Positions 43,277 to 53,065 of a DNA stretch of 53,065 nt are shown one piece after another (the first letter of the stretch is position 1; each line of letters begins with the position of its first letter). The DNA is from a virus. Its lineage: Duplodnaviria; Caudoviricetes. The notes below the pieces were generated by a model, which was given only the letters and a program-made list of their open reading frames with translations, had not been told where the DNA came from and did not search any database. Position numbers and translations under genes: made by a program. The DNA lies in IMG/VR virus record IMGVR_UViG_3300031999_000029, positions 1-53,065 of that record; one strand, written 5' to 3'.

Positions 43277-45652
43277 ATGACGCAAGCTCGCATTGAGATC
43301 AATGGCACACCCGGAAGCAACGATGCGTTGCCGATTAACGCACTCGTGCAGCTTTCCAACGACGACAACCTCGGCGAGCTGACATATTTGTGGTCGATCC
43401 TCGATCAGCCGCCCGGCCCTGTCGATTCCTTGAGTGCGACGAACATTGAAAACCCGACGTTCACACCAAAGAAAGAGGGTTCGTACCTCCTTCAGTTGAT
43501 CGTCAACTTCGGCCTGCCAGACGAGAAGATCGATAAGGCCATCGTTGGAATCCGACAACTCAAGACGCTTGAGCGCATTCCCGCAGCCGGCGAAACGGTT
43601 GAAGTGGATCTTGCGGACGGGTGGGCCTCCGCGATGAATTCCCTTCTCCGTCGCATCGACGCGCTACTTTCCGATCCCGGCTCCCTCGTCGGAGAGAACA
43701 CGTCGGGAGGGGTGCTCACGCACGGCGATGTGGTTCGCGTCACAAGCGGAGCAGTCATCAAAGCCGGCTTGCCCGGCCAAGAAACGGTTCCCGGCTTCAC
43801 AAAAGCGCTCGCCAGCTCCCTCGACAATATGGACGAGTTGTTGTGCGTGGTGGAAGGCGACGTTGCCGGCAATCTCAGCGTGTCGGCCGGCGAGCTTGCC
43901 AAGGTCCGATACATCGGGCGCATCGCAACTGTTCCCCTCGGCTCCGGTGCGATAGGCGATCCTGTCTACGTGAGCAACACCGCGACCTTGAGTGTCTCCC
44001 CGGGTTCGTACCGCCGCCAGGTTGGCAGCATCATGTCGGTAAGCGGAGGCAACCGCGACGTGTGGTTCGATGGTGTGGGCGGCGCGGACATCACCCCTAT
44101 TGACCGTGCGTACATGCTTTATGGTGCTCCTTCCAGTGGAATGTTAAACGCCCATCGGTTTGATGGGAACAACGCCACGCCAGGCGCTACCGTAGGCGTC
44201 CCCTACGTGTTCAAGGCCGGTGACGCGGCAACTGTCGCGCTCGTGGCCAAGCGGTTCAACGCGGGCGGGGCAGATCCTTTCCAGGTACAGACCGAAGCCG
44301 GTGTGCCACTCACGTGGTTCACGGCAGCGGGCAACCTCGATCTGAACCTGAAAGAGCTGTACCGTTCAGTGATTCGCTCGCCCGCTGATGCCACTGTAGC
44401 AAACATCGTCAAGCGTTGGAGCGGTACGCAAACCGCCGATCTCTCGCAATGGCAAGATGAGCTTGGCACCGCGCTTCTGAAAGTAACCTCGTCCGGGGCC
44501 TTGACCCTCATCGCGTCCGACTTGGACGCCAACACGAAGCGCGTGGTGAACCTTTCGGATCCGGCGCTGGCCCAAGATGCTGCGACGAAAGCCTATGTCG
44601 ATTTACGCCCCGTTCAGAACTACATCGAGAATGGCGGCTTCGATTTCTTTCAACGGTATGAGAGGACAACTTTGAGTTTGACCAATGTGCGGGCGGTGGG
44701 GTTTCACGCGGATCGCTGGTCGACGTTCAACGCCCCTACCGTTGCGGTTCAAGGTGGCGATAGTGGCCCTTATGTGCTCTCGTCCGTCGAACGGGACGGG
44801 TCGGGAGACTTGCAAGGGATAGCCGTACGATGTACGGGCGGCACGGTGCCGAAAACGTACTACACCACGCAAGAAATCAATCGCGACTACATGAGCAAGT
44901 TGGCGGGGCAGCCGACAATTTTCACATTCAAAGCGCGGCGCACGTCGGGAGGCCCCACTACAATCACGGCGAGGGTCGCGTCGGCCACCGTTTTCAACCC
45001 GTCTGCCGCCACTCCGGACTACCCCACCACTCACCAGCAAGACGCGCTCGCTTCCTTCACGCTGACGACGAGCTGGCAGACGTTCTCTTTGGTTGTTCCG
45101 GCATTTCGCGCCGGCATTTCCGGCGTGTCGATTCAGCTCTACTACACATTCGCTACCACGAGCGCCTCTGAGTACGTGCAGATCCGGCAGGCGATGTTGG
45201 CAGTGGGTGCGCTCGTGCAGCCGTGGGTGAGGTGTGCTCGCGTGTATAGAGAAGAGCTAGGGCTGTGCATGGCGTTTTTCGAGAAATCTTTTGAGGCTGC
45301 CGATTGGTACACGGCAGTAGCGAGCTACCCCCCTCCATACTCAAACAATGAGTCGATACACGAAACGGTATTTCTACCGATCGCAATCGCAAACGGGCAA
45401 ATCTTGCCTATCGTTCCCCCGCGTTTCCTCGTGCAAAAATCGAGACCCCCGAGCGTTGCCGTGTACTCGGCCGTTGTCGGTTCGGCGAACACCGTGTACG
45501 ACGTCGGCGGCGCTGCCACTCGGGCCATAATAGTGTCGAACATCAGTCGAAGAGGATTCAATCTTCTCAGTAACCAAGGCCCTCCGTCCTACACGCCCGC
45601 ATCCCCGAACATTTGTCGATTCCATTGGACCGCTTCGGCCGAATATGTGTAG
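43277..45652 (+). CDS. Tail fibre / receptor-binding protein
   Basis: PKD-like N-terminus (YLWSI..QP...G.Y.LQL.V), DAATKAYVD knot, N.I.NGGFDFFQR carbohydrate-binding-like domain, EL.LC..FFEKS. Confidence 0.78.
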   Translation: MTQARIEINGTPGSNDALPINALVQLSNDDNLGELTYLWSILDQPPGPVDSLSATNIENPTFTPKKEGSYLLQLIVNFGLPDEKIDKAIVGIRQLKTLERIPAAGETVEVDLADGWASAMNSLLRRIDALLSDPGSLVGENTSGGVLTHGDVVRVTSGAVIKAGLPGQETVPGFTKALASSLDNMDELLCVVEGDVAGNLSVSAGELAKVRYIGRIATVPLGSGAIGDPVYVSNTATLSVSPGSYRRQVGSIMSVSGGNRDVWFDGVGGADITPIDRAYMLYGAPSSGMLNAHRFDGNNATPGATVGVPYVFKAGDAATVALVAKRFNAGGADPFQVQTEAGVPLTWFTAAGNLDLNLKELYRSVIRSPADATVANIVKRWSGTQTADLSQWQDELGTALLKVTSSGALTLIASDLDANTKRVVNLSDPALAQDAATKAYVDLRPVQNYIENGGFDFFQRYERTTLSLTNVRAVGFHADRWSTFNAPTVAVQGGDSGPYVLSSVERDGSGDLQGIAVRCTGGTVPKTYYTTQEINRDYMSKLAGQPTIFTFKARRTSGGPTTITARVASATVFNPSAATPDYPTTHQQDALASFTLTTSWQTFSLVVPAFRAGISGVSIQLYYTFATTSASEYVQIRQAMLAVGALVQPWVRCARVYREELGLCMAFFEKSFEAADWYTAVASYPPPYSNNESIHETVFLPIAIANGQILPIVPPRFLVQKSRPPSVAVYSAVVGSANTVYDVGGAATRAIIVSNISRRGFNLLSNQGPPSYTPASPNICRFHWTASAEYV

Positions 45653-45661
45653 GAGGCTATT

Positions 45662-45835
45662 GTGAAAATATATTGGCGGTACACTGTGACGGCTGACGGC
45701 GCCATTGCCGTATTGGACGTCGATGCAAACGTCTGGTTTTCGGACAGCTCGGACTTCTACGATCAAATGCTGCGGGAGGTATCGGAGGAAGAAGCCTCCA
45801 TTACCGAAAAGACTGTGCCCCCCGAGGAAGAATAG
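45662..45835 (+). CDS. 57-aa protein after the fibre gene (not in the ORF track)
   Basis: AGGAGG RBS, GTG start, open to TAG 45835; fills the gap exactly. Confidence 0.55.
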   Translation: MKIYWRYTVTADGAIAVLDVDANVWFSDSSDFYDQMLREVSEEEASITEKTVPPEEE

Positions 45836-45841
45836 CGAGCC

Positions 45842-46843
45842 ATGCGGATCACACTCACCGGCATCTTGGCAGACGGAACGCCGCCAAAAGCGGGCGTACC
45901 CACCGATCCACGAAAGACTCTGAACGTGCCGAAGGGCACCGACGTGGAGCTGCGAGTGAACATCGTCGGCCAGAACGGGGCTCCGGTAGACCTGTCGAGC
46001 GCCGGCACCGAAGTGCTGCTCACCATCAAGAAGAAGCCGCGTCAGGATTGGCCTCGCGTAGTCAAACAGGGATCTATCTCTGGCAGCATGGCGACATTCC
46101 TGATTGAGCCCGGCGACTTCGCACAGGCACTTCCCGGCCTGTTCGCCTATGATGTTTGGCTCACGAAAGATGGCAGTCGAGATCCTGTGATCCCGACCTC
46201 GCCGTTCAACCTGTTGCATAGCGTCGCCGAGACACCGATCCGCCCGCCGCCGCCGACTGTGCAACTTGTCGCCAACGACACCGAGCCTATGATTCTCGAC
46301 TTCTCGGGAGTCAACATCACGGGTTGGGTCATTGAGGCGCACATCGGCTACATCACGCCGCTCGTGCGAACCGCTGTGCTCACCGATCCTGTCAACGGCA
46401 TCGCAGAGGTGCAGTGGCAGGTTGGCGACTTGCAGCAAGGGGTGTGGGGCGGCGAGATCCGAATCACCAAGCCGGCAGACGGCACGCAAACCTCGGATGA
46501 ATTCATCTTCGACATCCGGCAGTCGATCACAGGCACGAACTATCTGTACTTCGGCGCGAGCTTGCCAGGTGCCGATGATGAGGCGTTCATCAAAGCTCTG
46601 GCGAATCAGCCTCTCTGCTCAAGCCGTCAAGTGGAGTTCAACGTCACGGCAGGCGTCGGAGAGTACATCTACTATGCCGCGCCGATAACCTACGGGTCGC
46701 CGGTGTTCGTGGTCGATGGGTTCGTTGGTGGCTTCAGCCAGGTGGCGACCGTGATGGTGACAAACCTTTCAGGCACTCAGAATTATGGGCTCTGGAAGAG
46801 CGACTATCCGAACCTCGGGCTCACGAATGTGAAGGTGCTGTAG
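45842..46843 (+). CDS. Tail protein with BppU-like / Ig-like domains
   Basis: G.PVDL...YDVWL pattern; C-terminal domain paralogous to ORF 51801. Confidence 0.65.
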   Translation: MRITLTGILADGTPPKAGVPTDPRKTLNVPKGTDVELRVNIVGQNGAPVDLSSAGTEVLLTIKKKPRQDWPRVVKQGSISGSMATFLIEPGDFAQALPGLFAYDVWLTKDGSRDPVIPTSPFNLLHSVAETPIRPPPPTVQLVANDTEPMILDFSGVNITGWVIEAHIGYITPLVRTAVLTDPVNGIAEVQWQVGDLQQGVWGGEIRITKPADGTQTSDEFIFDIRQSITGTNYLYFGASLPGADDEAFIKALANQPLCSSRQVEFNVTAGVGEYIYYAAPITYGSPVFVVDGFVGGFSQVATVMVTNLSGTQNYGLWKSDYPNLGLTNVKVL

Positions 46844-47589
46844 TGCCTGTTGAAGTCATCAGCACAATCATCCCGAAGAATGCCGGCAGCTTCCCGGTTG
46901 TGGAGGACGTCAACATTCTTGGTGGCTGGCACATTGTCGCCACGCTCACAGACCGAGATTTGATCCCAAGCCTTCGCCGCAAAGAAGGGATGCCCGTCTA
47001 CGTGGTCGCCAACGGGCTCGTCTACAAGCTCACGGGCGGGATTGCGAACACGAATTGGGTTTCGTGGCTGAACCTCTCGGCTATCAGCGCGCACCTTGTC
47101 GATGTGAACAACCCGCACGTCACGACGCTGGAACAAGCGCGAGTGGCTGGCGCGACCCTGGCCGGCGACATCAACATGGGGGCGCACGGTGTCGAGAACA
47201 TCGGCATCGGTTCCAACGATCAAGCCGCAGCGCAGCGGCGATGGGTGCTCGACCGGCTGGCTGGTGGCTACGCACCGTCACTGTCACCGCTGAATCGCGG
47301 GATGCAGGCGACCGTCACCTTGGCCGACAACAGCCTCGCGTGCATCACGCCAATTCTTGCCGCGCCGCCTGTGAACGCCTGGCTCGTCGTGATGGTGAAC
47401 GGCGTCGGCTACCCAATCGGGAACGGGACAAAGGCGGGCGTGCCGTGCTATTTCAGTCACGACGGTGGGCTCACCGCAAGAGCGACAGGCGCGATTGTGA
47501 CAGGTGACTTGCTCTATTGGAACGGTTCTGTGGCCGGGTTTCAACTTGGCGTGACAGACCGAATTGATTTCATCTTCGAGGCCCTGTAG
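46843..47589 (+). CDS. Fibre-associated structural protein
   Basis: N-terminus paralogous to ORF 52558; NPH.TT.EQ motif; C-terminus paralogous to 47599. Confidence 0.7.
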   Translation: MPVEVISTIIPKNAGSFPVVEDVNILGGWHIVATLTDRDLIPSLRRKEGMPVYVVANGLVYKLTGGIANTNWVSWLNLSAISAHLVDVNNPHVTTLEQARVAGATLAGDINMGAHGVENIGIGSNDQAAAQRRWVLDRLAGGYAPSLSPLNRGMQATVTLADNSLACITPILAAPPVNAWLVVMVNGVGYPIGNGTKAGVPCYFSHDGGLTARATGAIVTGDLLYWNGSVAGFQLGVTDRIDFIFEAL

Positions 47590-47598
47590 GAGATTCTG

Positions 47599-48927
47599 AT
47601 GGCAATCCAAGGCAAACAACTGGCAGACCTGGCGATCTCGACCGCGAAGATCGCGGATAATGCAGTCACGTCCGGCAAGGTCGATTCGTCCGTCATTGTG
47701 GCGGGCGGCGGGAACCCGCTGACTTCCGATTGGGCTGTGGGGAACAAGAAGATCACCGGGCTCAAAGACCCCGACAACGATCAGGACGTGGCGAACAAGC
47801 GATACGTTGACGCTTCGGTGCAGGGGCTCGACGTCAAGCAATCATGCCGCCTGGCAACGGCAGCGGCCCTGCCGGCCAACACGCGCACGGGCAACATCCT
47901 CACGGCGTCTGTCAGCGGTTCAATCAACGTCGTAGGCATCGACGGCAAGACCGACATCGCGTTGAATCAGCGCGTCCTGGTGAAGAATGAGGGCACCGGC
48001 GCGAACAACGGGCTCTATTTCGTGAGTGACGTAGGTTCTCCGACAACCCCCTGGACCTTGACGCGCACGACCGACGCCGACACGTCGGCCAAAGTCACGA
48101 GCGGCGTCTACACCTACGTCGAGGAAGGATCAGCAAATCAGACGTGCGGGTACATCCTCTCGACACCGAATCCGATCACGCTCAACTCTACATCCCTGAC
48201 CTTCACGTTGTTCAGCAAGGCCGGGATCGTAACCGCTGGCGCGGGCTTGCAGATGTCGGGAAGCACGATCAACCTCGTGATCGAAGCCACTTCGGGTGGG
48301 TTGACTGCGAACACCGACGATCTCCAAGTCAACTACGCTCTCGGAACCGATCTCGCGGCTACTGACGCGGGCGCGGCCGATGCGGGCAACGGGCAAAAGA
48401 TCCCGCGCGCCAATCACAAGCATCAGGTGTCTACGGCAGCGCCGAGCGTCGGGATCTCGGGCGGCACGACAGCCGACAGCGGCTCGGCTACTACCATGCT
48501 TCGCTCCGATGCGCGGTTCGGCGTCACGCTCGGAACACCTGTCAACGTCGGCACCTCCAACACGGCGGGTTCGGCGGCGAACCTCGTTGGCGCGAACCAC
48601 GTTCACGCGGTTCCTGTAGTCACACCGTCGAATAAGAACATGACGGCGAGCGTGACCGTGGCCGATGGCGATCAAGCGACGGCAACAACTGTCGTAAGTG
48701 CCAACGCGCTCGGCGGGCGCATTGCCGTGACCGTGAATGGCGTGTGCTATTCGGTCGGCAACGGCACGAAAGTCGGCGTGTGCTGCTACTTCTCGGGCGA
48801 TGGTGGCACGACGGCGCGGGCGTTCAGCGCGGTTGCCGCTGGCGACACGCTCCGGTGGAACGGCTCGGTTGCCGGCTTCCAACTGGCAGCGACCGACGCT
48901 ATCGACGTCGACATGGATACCTTCTAA
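47599..48927 (+). CDS. Tail or head fibre protein
   Basis: ANKRYVD..QGLDVKQS, RVLVKNE...NNGLY...W.LTR..DAD and RA.H.H motifs. Confidence 0.78.
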   Translation: MAIQGKQLADLAISTAKIADNAVTSGKVDSSVIVAGGGNPLTSDWAVGNKKITGLKDPDNDQDVANKRYVDASVQGLDVKQSCRLATAAALPANTRTGNILTASVSGSINVVGIDGKTDIALNQRVLVKNEGTGANNGLYFVSDVGSPTTPWTLTRTTDADTSAKVTSGVYTYVEEGSANQTCGYILSTPNPITLNSTSLTFTLFSKAGIVTAGAGLQMSGSTINLVIEATSGGLTANTDDLQVNYALGTDLAATDAGAADAGNGQKIPRANHKHQVSTAAPSVGISGGTTADSGSATTMLRSDARFGVTLGTPVNVGTSNTAGSAANLVGANHVHAVPVVTPSNKNMTASVTVADGDQATATTVVSANALGGRIAVTVNGVCYSVGNGTKVGVCCYFSGDGGTTARAFSAVAAGDTLRWNGSVAGFQLAATDAIDVDMDTF

Positions 48928-48936
48928 GAGGGGCGC

Positions 48937-49413
48937 ATGGCGGGAAAGCTACACCCGAAACAACTGGCGCAAGCCGGCGCGACGAACGGGCAGGTGCTCG
49001 GGTACAACACGACGAGCAATCAGTGGGGACCGACCACGAACAGCGCCAGCATTTCGTCTTCCTCGGCTTCGGCCACCGGCTCGACCACGACAGCGAGCGC
49101 ATCGGATGCGCAAATTGACAGCATGACGCTCACGCCAGGTGCCGGCACGTATCTCGTCATGTTCTCGACTTCGGTGGCACACTCTGCGACGCAAAGTCTC
49201 TACGTTTCTATCTACGCGAACGGTTCTAAGGTGAATGAATCGGAGTGTCGATTGACGGTGACTGATATGAAAGTGCAGGCCAGTGTGTTCCCGCTTTCGA
49301 CGCAAGCGGTGGTGACCGTCGCGGCAGGACAAGTGATCGAAGTGAAGTGGCGCACGACGGGAGCGACCGCGACCGCGTATCAGCGCATCCTGACGCTTCT
49401 CAAAATAGGGTAG
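48937..49413 (+). CDS. Short fibre or spike with C1q/BclA-like beta tip
   Basis: GQVLGYN....W.P linker; G.YLV.F...GQVIEV.W. Confidence 0.6.
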   Translation: MAGKLHPKQLAQAGATNGQVLGYNTTSNQWGPTTNSASISSSSASATGSTTTASASDAQIDSMTLTPGAGTYLVMFSTSVAHSATQSLYVSIYANGSKVNESECRLTVTDMKVQASVFPLSTQAVVTVAAGQVIEVKWRTTGATATAYQRILTLLKIG

Positions 49414-49420
49414 GTGGCCA

Positions 49421-49906
49421 ATGGCGATTCGACGGAAAGACTACGACAGGCCCGACGCCCCACCGTCGCCTGCTCCCGTTTACATCACCGATGAAGCCAA
49501 GAAACCGGCTACCATCGACGCCGATGGCACGTTGTATGTAGCCATGTTGCCGGGGAAACAGGGGCGCAAGATGTGCGTCACCGGCATCATGTTCGACGCG
49601 CCTGCCGGCGAGGAAACAGACGGCGATCTCACGTTTCCCGAGACGCGGGAGATTCAAGGATCTGGGATGGAGGTCACCAATCACCAACCCGGCGACTACG
49701 CCGAGTTGCACATTTGCGCTCCAGATGGAACATCGGTCGGGCAGTTTGGCGAGACGGTCTACATCCCGCCGAGCGGCAAGATCGATCAGATCGTGTCTGA
49801 AGGCACGGTAGGGTTCCCGCCAGGCTTCAGGTTGCGTCTTCGGTTCGTAGCTGCGGAGGCGGGCGGTGTGCGAACAGTCTACGCCTGGCATCGTTTGAGG
49901 AAGTGA
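49421..49906 (+). CDS. Hypothetical, probably virion protein
   Basis: 161 aa, AGGT RBS. Confidence 0.65.
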   Translation: MAIRRKDYDRPDAPPSPAPVYITDEAKKPATIDADGTLYVAMLPGKQGRKMCVTGIMFDAPAGEETDGDLTFPETREIQGSGMEVTNHQPGDYAELHICAPDGTSVGQFGETVYIPPSGKIDQIVSEGTVGFPPGFRLRLRFVAAEAGGVRTVYAWHRLRK

Positions 49907-49915
49907 CTCGCACGA

Positions 49916-49944
49916 TTGCGATACGGCTCAGAAAAGTGTAGTTT
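49916..49944 (+). promoter_or_regulatory. Sigma70-like promoter
   Basis: TTGCGA-N17-TAGTTT. Confidence 0.4.
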
Positions 49945-49968
49945 GACACCCAAGTTCAAGGAGATACC

Positions 49969-50328
49969 ATGCTGGTTCATATCTACAAGGAAACGGTCAG
50001 TCGAAGCGGTACAGGGACGGAAGCATTCGGCTGGGAAGTCAAAGACAAACACGATCACGACGTACAGGGGCAACTTCTCTTCGAGTGCTCGCTGTGGGAT
50101 GAGCCCGAGTGTGTCACGCCGTCCACGACCGCCACGTTCGTCGCTGGCGCACAGCGCGGGCAACTCCTGGCTGGCGCTGCTTCGACGGCCGCCAAAGTGC
50201 TCACTGACAACGAGGCAAAGTTCTACGGTCAGGTGACGGGCACGGGCACGACTTACCTGATCGTGAGTATGACCGAAGCCGGCCCGCTCGTGGAACAAGC
50301 CGAAATCATCCCGATCAAGCTGTCGTAA
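49969..50328 (+). CDS. Hypothetical structural protein
   Basis: AAGGAG RBS. Confidence 0.7.
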   Translation: MLVHIYKETVSRSGTGTEAFGWEVKDKHDHDVQGQLLFECSLWDEPECVTPSTTATFVAGAQRGQLLAGAASTAAKVLTDNEAKFYGQVTGTGTTYLIVSMTEAGPLVEQAEIIPIKLS

Positions 50329-50334
50329 GGAGAG

Positions 50335-50886
50335 TTGACCATGTTGCATCTCATCGCAAAGAATCTGAAAGACCTCGACGTGCTCGGCAAGGTCCACACT
50401 GGCGGCATCCTCAAGCGGCTGCGGGACGTAGAGACCGGCACAGGCGGGCAGAGCAAATGCTCGCGCTGTCTGACACAGGCGTTGTCGGGCAGGCTGCTCC
50501 TCAAGGCCGTCCCTGCACAGTCGGTGGACATCGACATCGCGGAAGCGAACGCCGCTGCCGTGGGCACACTCAAACGGCAATTCGCCGTATCGCTCGAAGA
50601 CACGGGAGGCATGGTTGCCGAGTGGGCGGCATTCGCGCCCGTCATTTCGACCGCCGAGGTCGTGACTGATGCGGACGTGGATGCTCCGGTCGTGACCGGG
50701 ACTCCGACGTTCAACAAAGGTCGGATGCTGATCGAGATCACGCTCGACACCGACGAGGGCGACGAAAAGGTTTACGCGGACGGCGACAAGGTATCGGTGA
50801 CCGTCAAGACAACGGCGGACAGCAAGCTGTTGGGATGGCCGGTCGCAGATCTCGTGTGGGAAGTGAATTTCGTTGACCTGACCTAG
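50335..50886 (+). CDS. Hypothetical structural protein
   Basis: AAGGAG RBS; true start may be ATG 50341. Confidence 0.7.
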   Translation: MTMLHLIAKNLKDLDVLGKVHTGGILKRLRDVETGTGGQSKCSRCLTQALSGRLLLKAVPAQSVDIDIAEANAAAVGTLKRQFAVSLEDTGGMVAEWAAFAPVISTAEVVTDADVDAPVVTGTPTFNKGRMLIEITLDTDEGDEKVYADGDKVSVTVKTTADSKLLGWPVADLVWEVNFVDLT

Positions 50887-50974
50887 CGCATCTCCGGGCG
50901 GTTGCCTGGTTGACCGGAGCGTTGGCTCCAGACGATAGAACAACAACGCGAGCCCGGCTCGCAGGAGAACGATC

Positions 50975-51730
50975 ATGAAACTGATGCTGGAATTTGACCT
51001 GGCCATGCAACCTGCCGAATTGACGCTCAGTCAGCTCACGGCGAAGATCAATGCGTTCGTCGTGGAGCACGAGATCAACTCGCTGCAAATCCATGAGGTG
51101 CGCCGCACCAAGAGCAGGCGGCTCGATGAGGCGTTCCTGACCTGGGGGGTGGGCGAGCTGGACGAGGAGCATGTCGCGCAACTGATGGCGATCCTGGCCT
51201 CACAGTTTGGGCTGGTCGGCTACACCAATCCCATCCCTTCGCCGCTCGTGATGGTGGGCGGCGCGAACCCCACTGCCGGCTTGATCGTCGCGGCTACTCT
51301 CCCGGTGGGCGGGGACGTTAGCGGCGTGATCGTTTCGGTTGGCGAGTCACGCGGCGGTGGCAGCTACGGGGCCTCTGGCCTGGTCAAGAACGTGGGCGCT
51401 GGCAACGTCTACGAGTTCATCCAGGCGCTAGTGACTGGGGCGTACCCCCTGGCCATCCAGATCGAAAACTGGTCGTCCAGCCCGTTCACATTCCCTGCGA
51501 TCCCAACCGCGTACACGGTCAAGGACACGGCCCCGACCACACAACAGTTGAAGTTGGCGAACGCCCTCACGATTCCTGCGTCAGTGCCGTGGGGCGGGAG
51601 CGTGTTGGCGGCGTACAAGGGGCTGTACCTGGCTCAAACCGGCGATCTGTACCTGGGCTACCAGTACGGAGCGTATCAGCAGAGCATCTTCTACACGTTC
51701 GACGAGGCCGCGCAGTTCCCGGCTCTGTAG
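50975..51730 (+). CDS. Hypothetical protein
   Basis: AGGAG RBS, 251 aa. Confidence 0.7.
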   Translation: MKLMLEFDLAMQPAELTLSQLTAKINAFVVEHEINSLQIHEVRRTKSRRLDEAFLTWGVGELDEEHVAQLMAILASQFGLVGYTNPIPSPLVMVGGANPTAGLIVAATLPVGGDVSGVIVSVGESRGGGSYGASGLVKNVGAGNVYEFIQALVTGAYPLAIQIENWSSSPFTFPAIPTAYTVKDTAPTTQQLKLANALTIPASVPWGGSVLAAYKGLYLAQTGDLYLGYQYGAYQQSIFYTFDEAAQFPAL

Positions 51731-51749
51731 TCTGATCTGAAGTTGTGAA

Positions 51750-51780
51750 GGCGGGCGCGGAGACACAATCTGCGCCCGCC
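51750..51780 (+). terminator. Intergenic 12-bp hairpin (terminator or processing site)
   Basis: GGCGGGCGCGGA-GACACAA-TCTGCGCCCGCC; weak U-tract. Confidence 0.45.
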
Positions 51781-51800
51781 CTCTCGCTTGTGAGGCTTGA

Positions 51801-52556
51801 ATGGCCCGCATTGTCCTGAAGCCGACAACCGAGAAGCTCTCGCTGGTTTCGCTGTGCAAGCTCGGAACCGCTGGCGGCCTCCCTACCGTGACAGGTAATG
51901 ACGGCTACGCCGTGATCGAGGTCGGGAGCGTCGCCGCGTTTCGACCTATCAAGCAAAGCTACATCGTTGCGTCGTTTGCAGTCTCGGCATTCGGAGGGCC
52001 GAGTACGCAGGAGGTCGGGCAGACACTCACGAATCCTGCCTTCTCGGCCAGCTACAATCGGACGCCCGAGACGGCGTTCGTGCAGGACGATCAGGGCAAC
52101 CCGGTGCTCGACGTGAGCACGACTCCGACAGCGTTCTCCTATCTGCACGCCTACGCCAAGACGGCAAACAACGCGACCGTGACCTGGAATCTGGCGGCAA
52201 GCGAGGGCGGCGAGATCGGTACTCGTGCCACGTCCGCCGCTTGGCGACCGCGAGTGTTCTACGGCATCGGAGTTGCCGGGCTCTCGACTGAGGCCGACAT
52301 CGAAGGGCTGGCCAATCAACCGTTGCTGCCGAGTCGTGCCGTGACGTTCACGGTCGCGCCCAATGTTGGTGAGCATATCTACTTTGCCGCGCCAACCAGT
52401 TATGGTACGCCGACGTTCACCGTGGGCGGCTTTGAAGGCGGCTTCGATTTCGTTGGTACAGTGTCGGTGACGAACATCTATGGGGTTACTCAAAACTATG
52501 ACCTGTACCGTAGTACCAACAGTAATCTTGGTGCTACGACGGTTCAAGTGAGTTGA
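51801..52556 (+). CDS. Ig-like structural protein, paralogue of the 45842 C-terminus
   Basis: LANQPL..SR.V.F.V...VGE.IY.AAP..YG.P.F.V.GF.GGF...TQNY....S...NLG.T.V.V. Confidence 0.72.
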   Translation: MARIVLKPTTEKLSLVSLCKLGTAGGLPTVTGNDGYAVIEVGSVAAFRPIKQSYIVASFAVSAFGGPSTQEVGQTLTNPAFSASYNRTPETAFVQDDQGNPVLDVSTTPTAFSYLHAYAKTANNATVTWNLAASEGGEIGTRATSAAWRPRVFYGIGVAGLSTEADIEGLANQPLLPSRAVTFTVAPNVGEHIYFAAPTSYGTPTFTVGGFEGGFDFVGTVSVTNIYGVTQNYDLYRSTNSNLGATTVQVS

Positions 52557-52557
52557 T

Positions 52558-53065
52558 ATGGCGGTGACGATTATTGACACTCTCCGTGCCAAGAACGCCG
52601 GCACGTTTCCCCTCGTTGAGGATGTCGATCAACTTGGCGGCTGGCGCGTTGTAGCTGATCTGACTGCTCGAGACGCGATTCCTTCCAGCAAACGTAAAGT
52701 AGGGATGTGGGTCGCTGTCATCTCCGATGGAAAAGTCTACGAGTTGGTCGGCGGCATCGGGAATCCGAATTGGGGCGAGAAGACGTTTGGCGGTGGGGGT
52801 GGCGGCGTCACCACATACGCGACTGAGGCCGCGCTACTGAGCGCCGCGCCGGCCAATGGAGCGCTCGGCTACGCCACCGACTCCAAACATTTCTGGGAGC
52901 GCGCGGGAGGACAGTGGCAGCCCTTCGATGGTAGAGGTCTCACGACATACCCGTCAGAGGGGGATCTGTTGGCCGACACACCGGAACCGGGCGCTCAGTC
53001 CTATGACTACGAGGCCGATCTGCTCTCCGACATGCCGCCTGTGGGCACAATCGGCTTTGCGCTTG
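52558..53065 (+). CDS. Fibre-like protein, partial (runs off the window)
   Basis: ATG 52558; MAVTIIDTLRAKNAGTFPLVED paralogous to 46843; internal E.(A/D)LL...P repeats. Confidence 0.7.
   Translation, partial: MAVTIIDTLRAKNAGTFPLVEDVDQLGGWRVVADLTARDAIPSSKRKVGMWVAVISDGKVYELVGGIGNPNWGEKTFGGGGGGVTTYATEAALLSAAPANGALGYATDSKHFWERAGGQWQPFDGRGLTTYPSEGDLLADTPEPGAQSYDYEADLLSDMPPVGTIGFAL

Noticed and set aside
1-53065. Contractile injection system, tailocin or prophage boundary
   Set aside because: Terminase, portal, scaffold and capsid genes show a DNA-packaging phage; no integrase, att site or host genes are visible, so lifestyle and host cannot be assigned

Overview
The window is a GC-rich segment of a tailed dsDNA phage with a contractile tail (myovirus-like). 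All credible genes are on the + strand. Gene order: small accessory ORFs (1-2.7 kb); a probable small terminase; a 2.7-kb block with its own promoter; large terminase; portal flanked by lysis-like membrane proteins; an accessory cluster of about 11.5 kb inside the head module; scaffold and major capsid; neck, sheath, tube, frameshifted chaperone and tape measure; baseplate; and a modular fibre region that runs off the right edge. Two signals stand out. First, five enzyme-like genes next to the MuF head-morphogenesis gene (three ADP-ribosyltransferase-like, one HExxH peptidase, one JAB/MPN) carry short shared N-terminal tags and show DNA-level signs of cassette shuffling, which suggests a tagged, virion-delivered effector set. 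Second, a ~560-nt intergenic region right after the major capsid gene is packed with nested stems and cUUCGg tetraloops and looks like a large structured RNA. A 214-bp near-perfect dispersed repeat also builds a chimeric gene. All calls come from reading motifs and gene order by eye; no database search or folding program was run, and the host cannot be determined.
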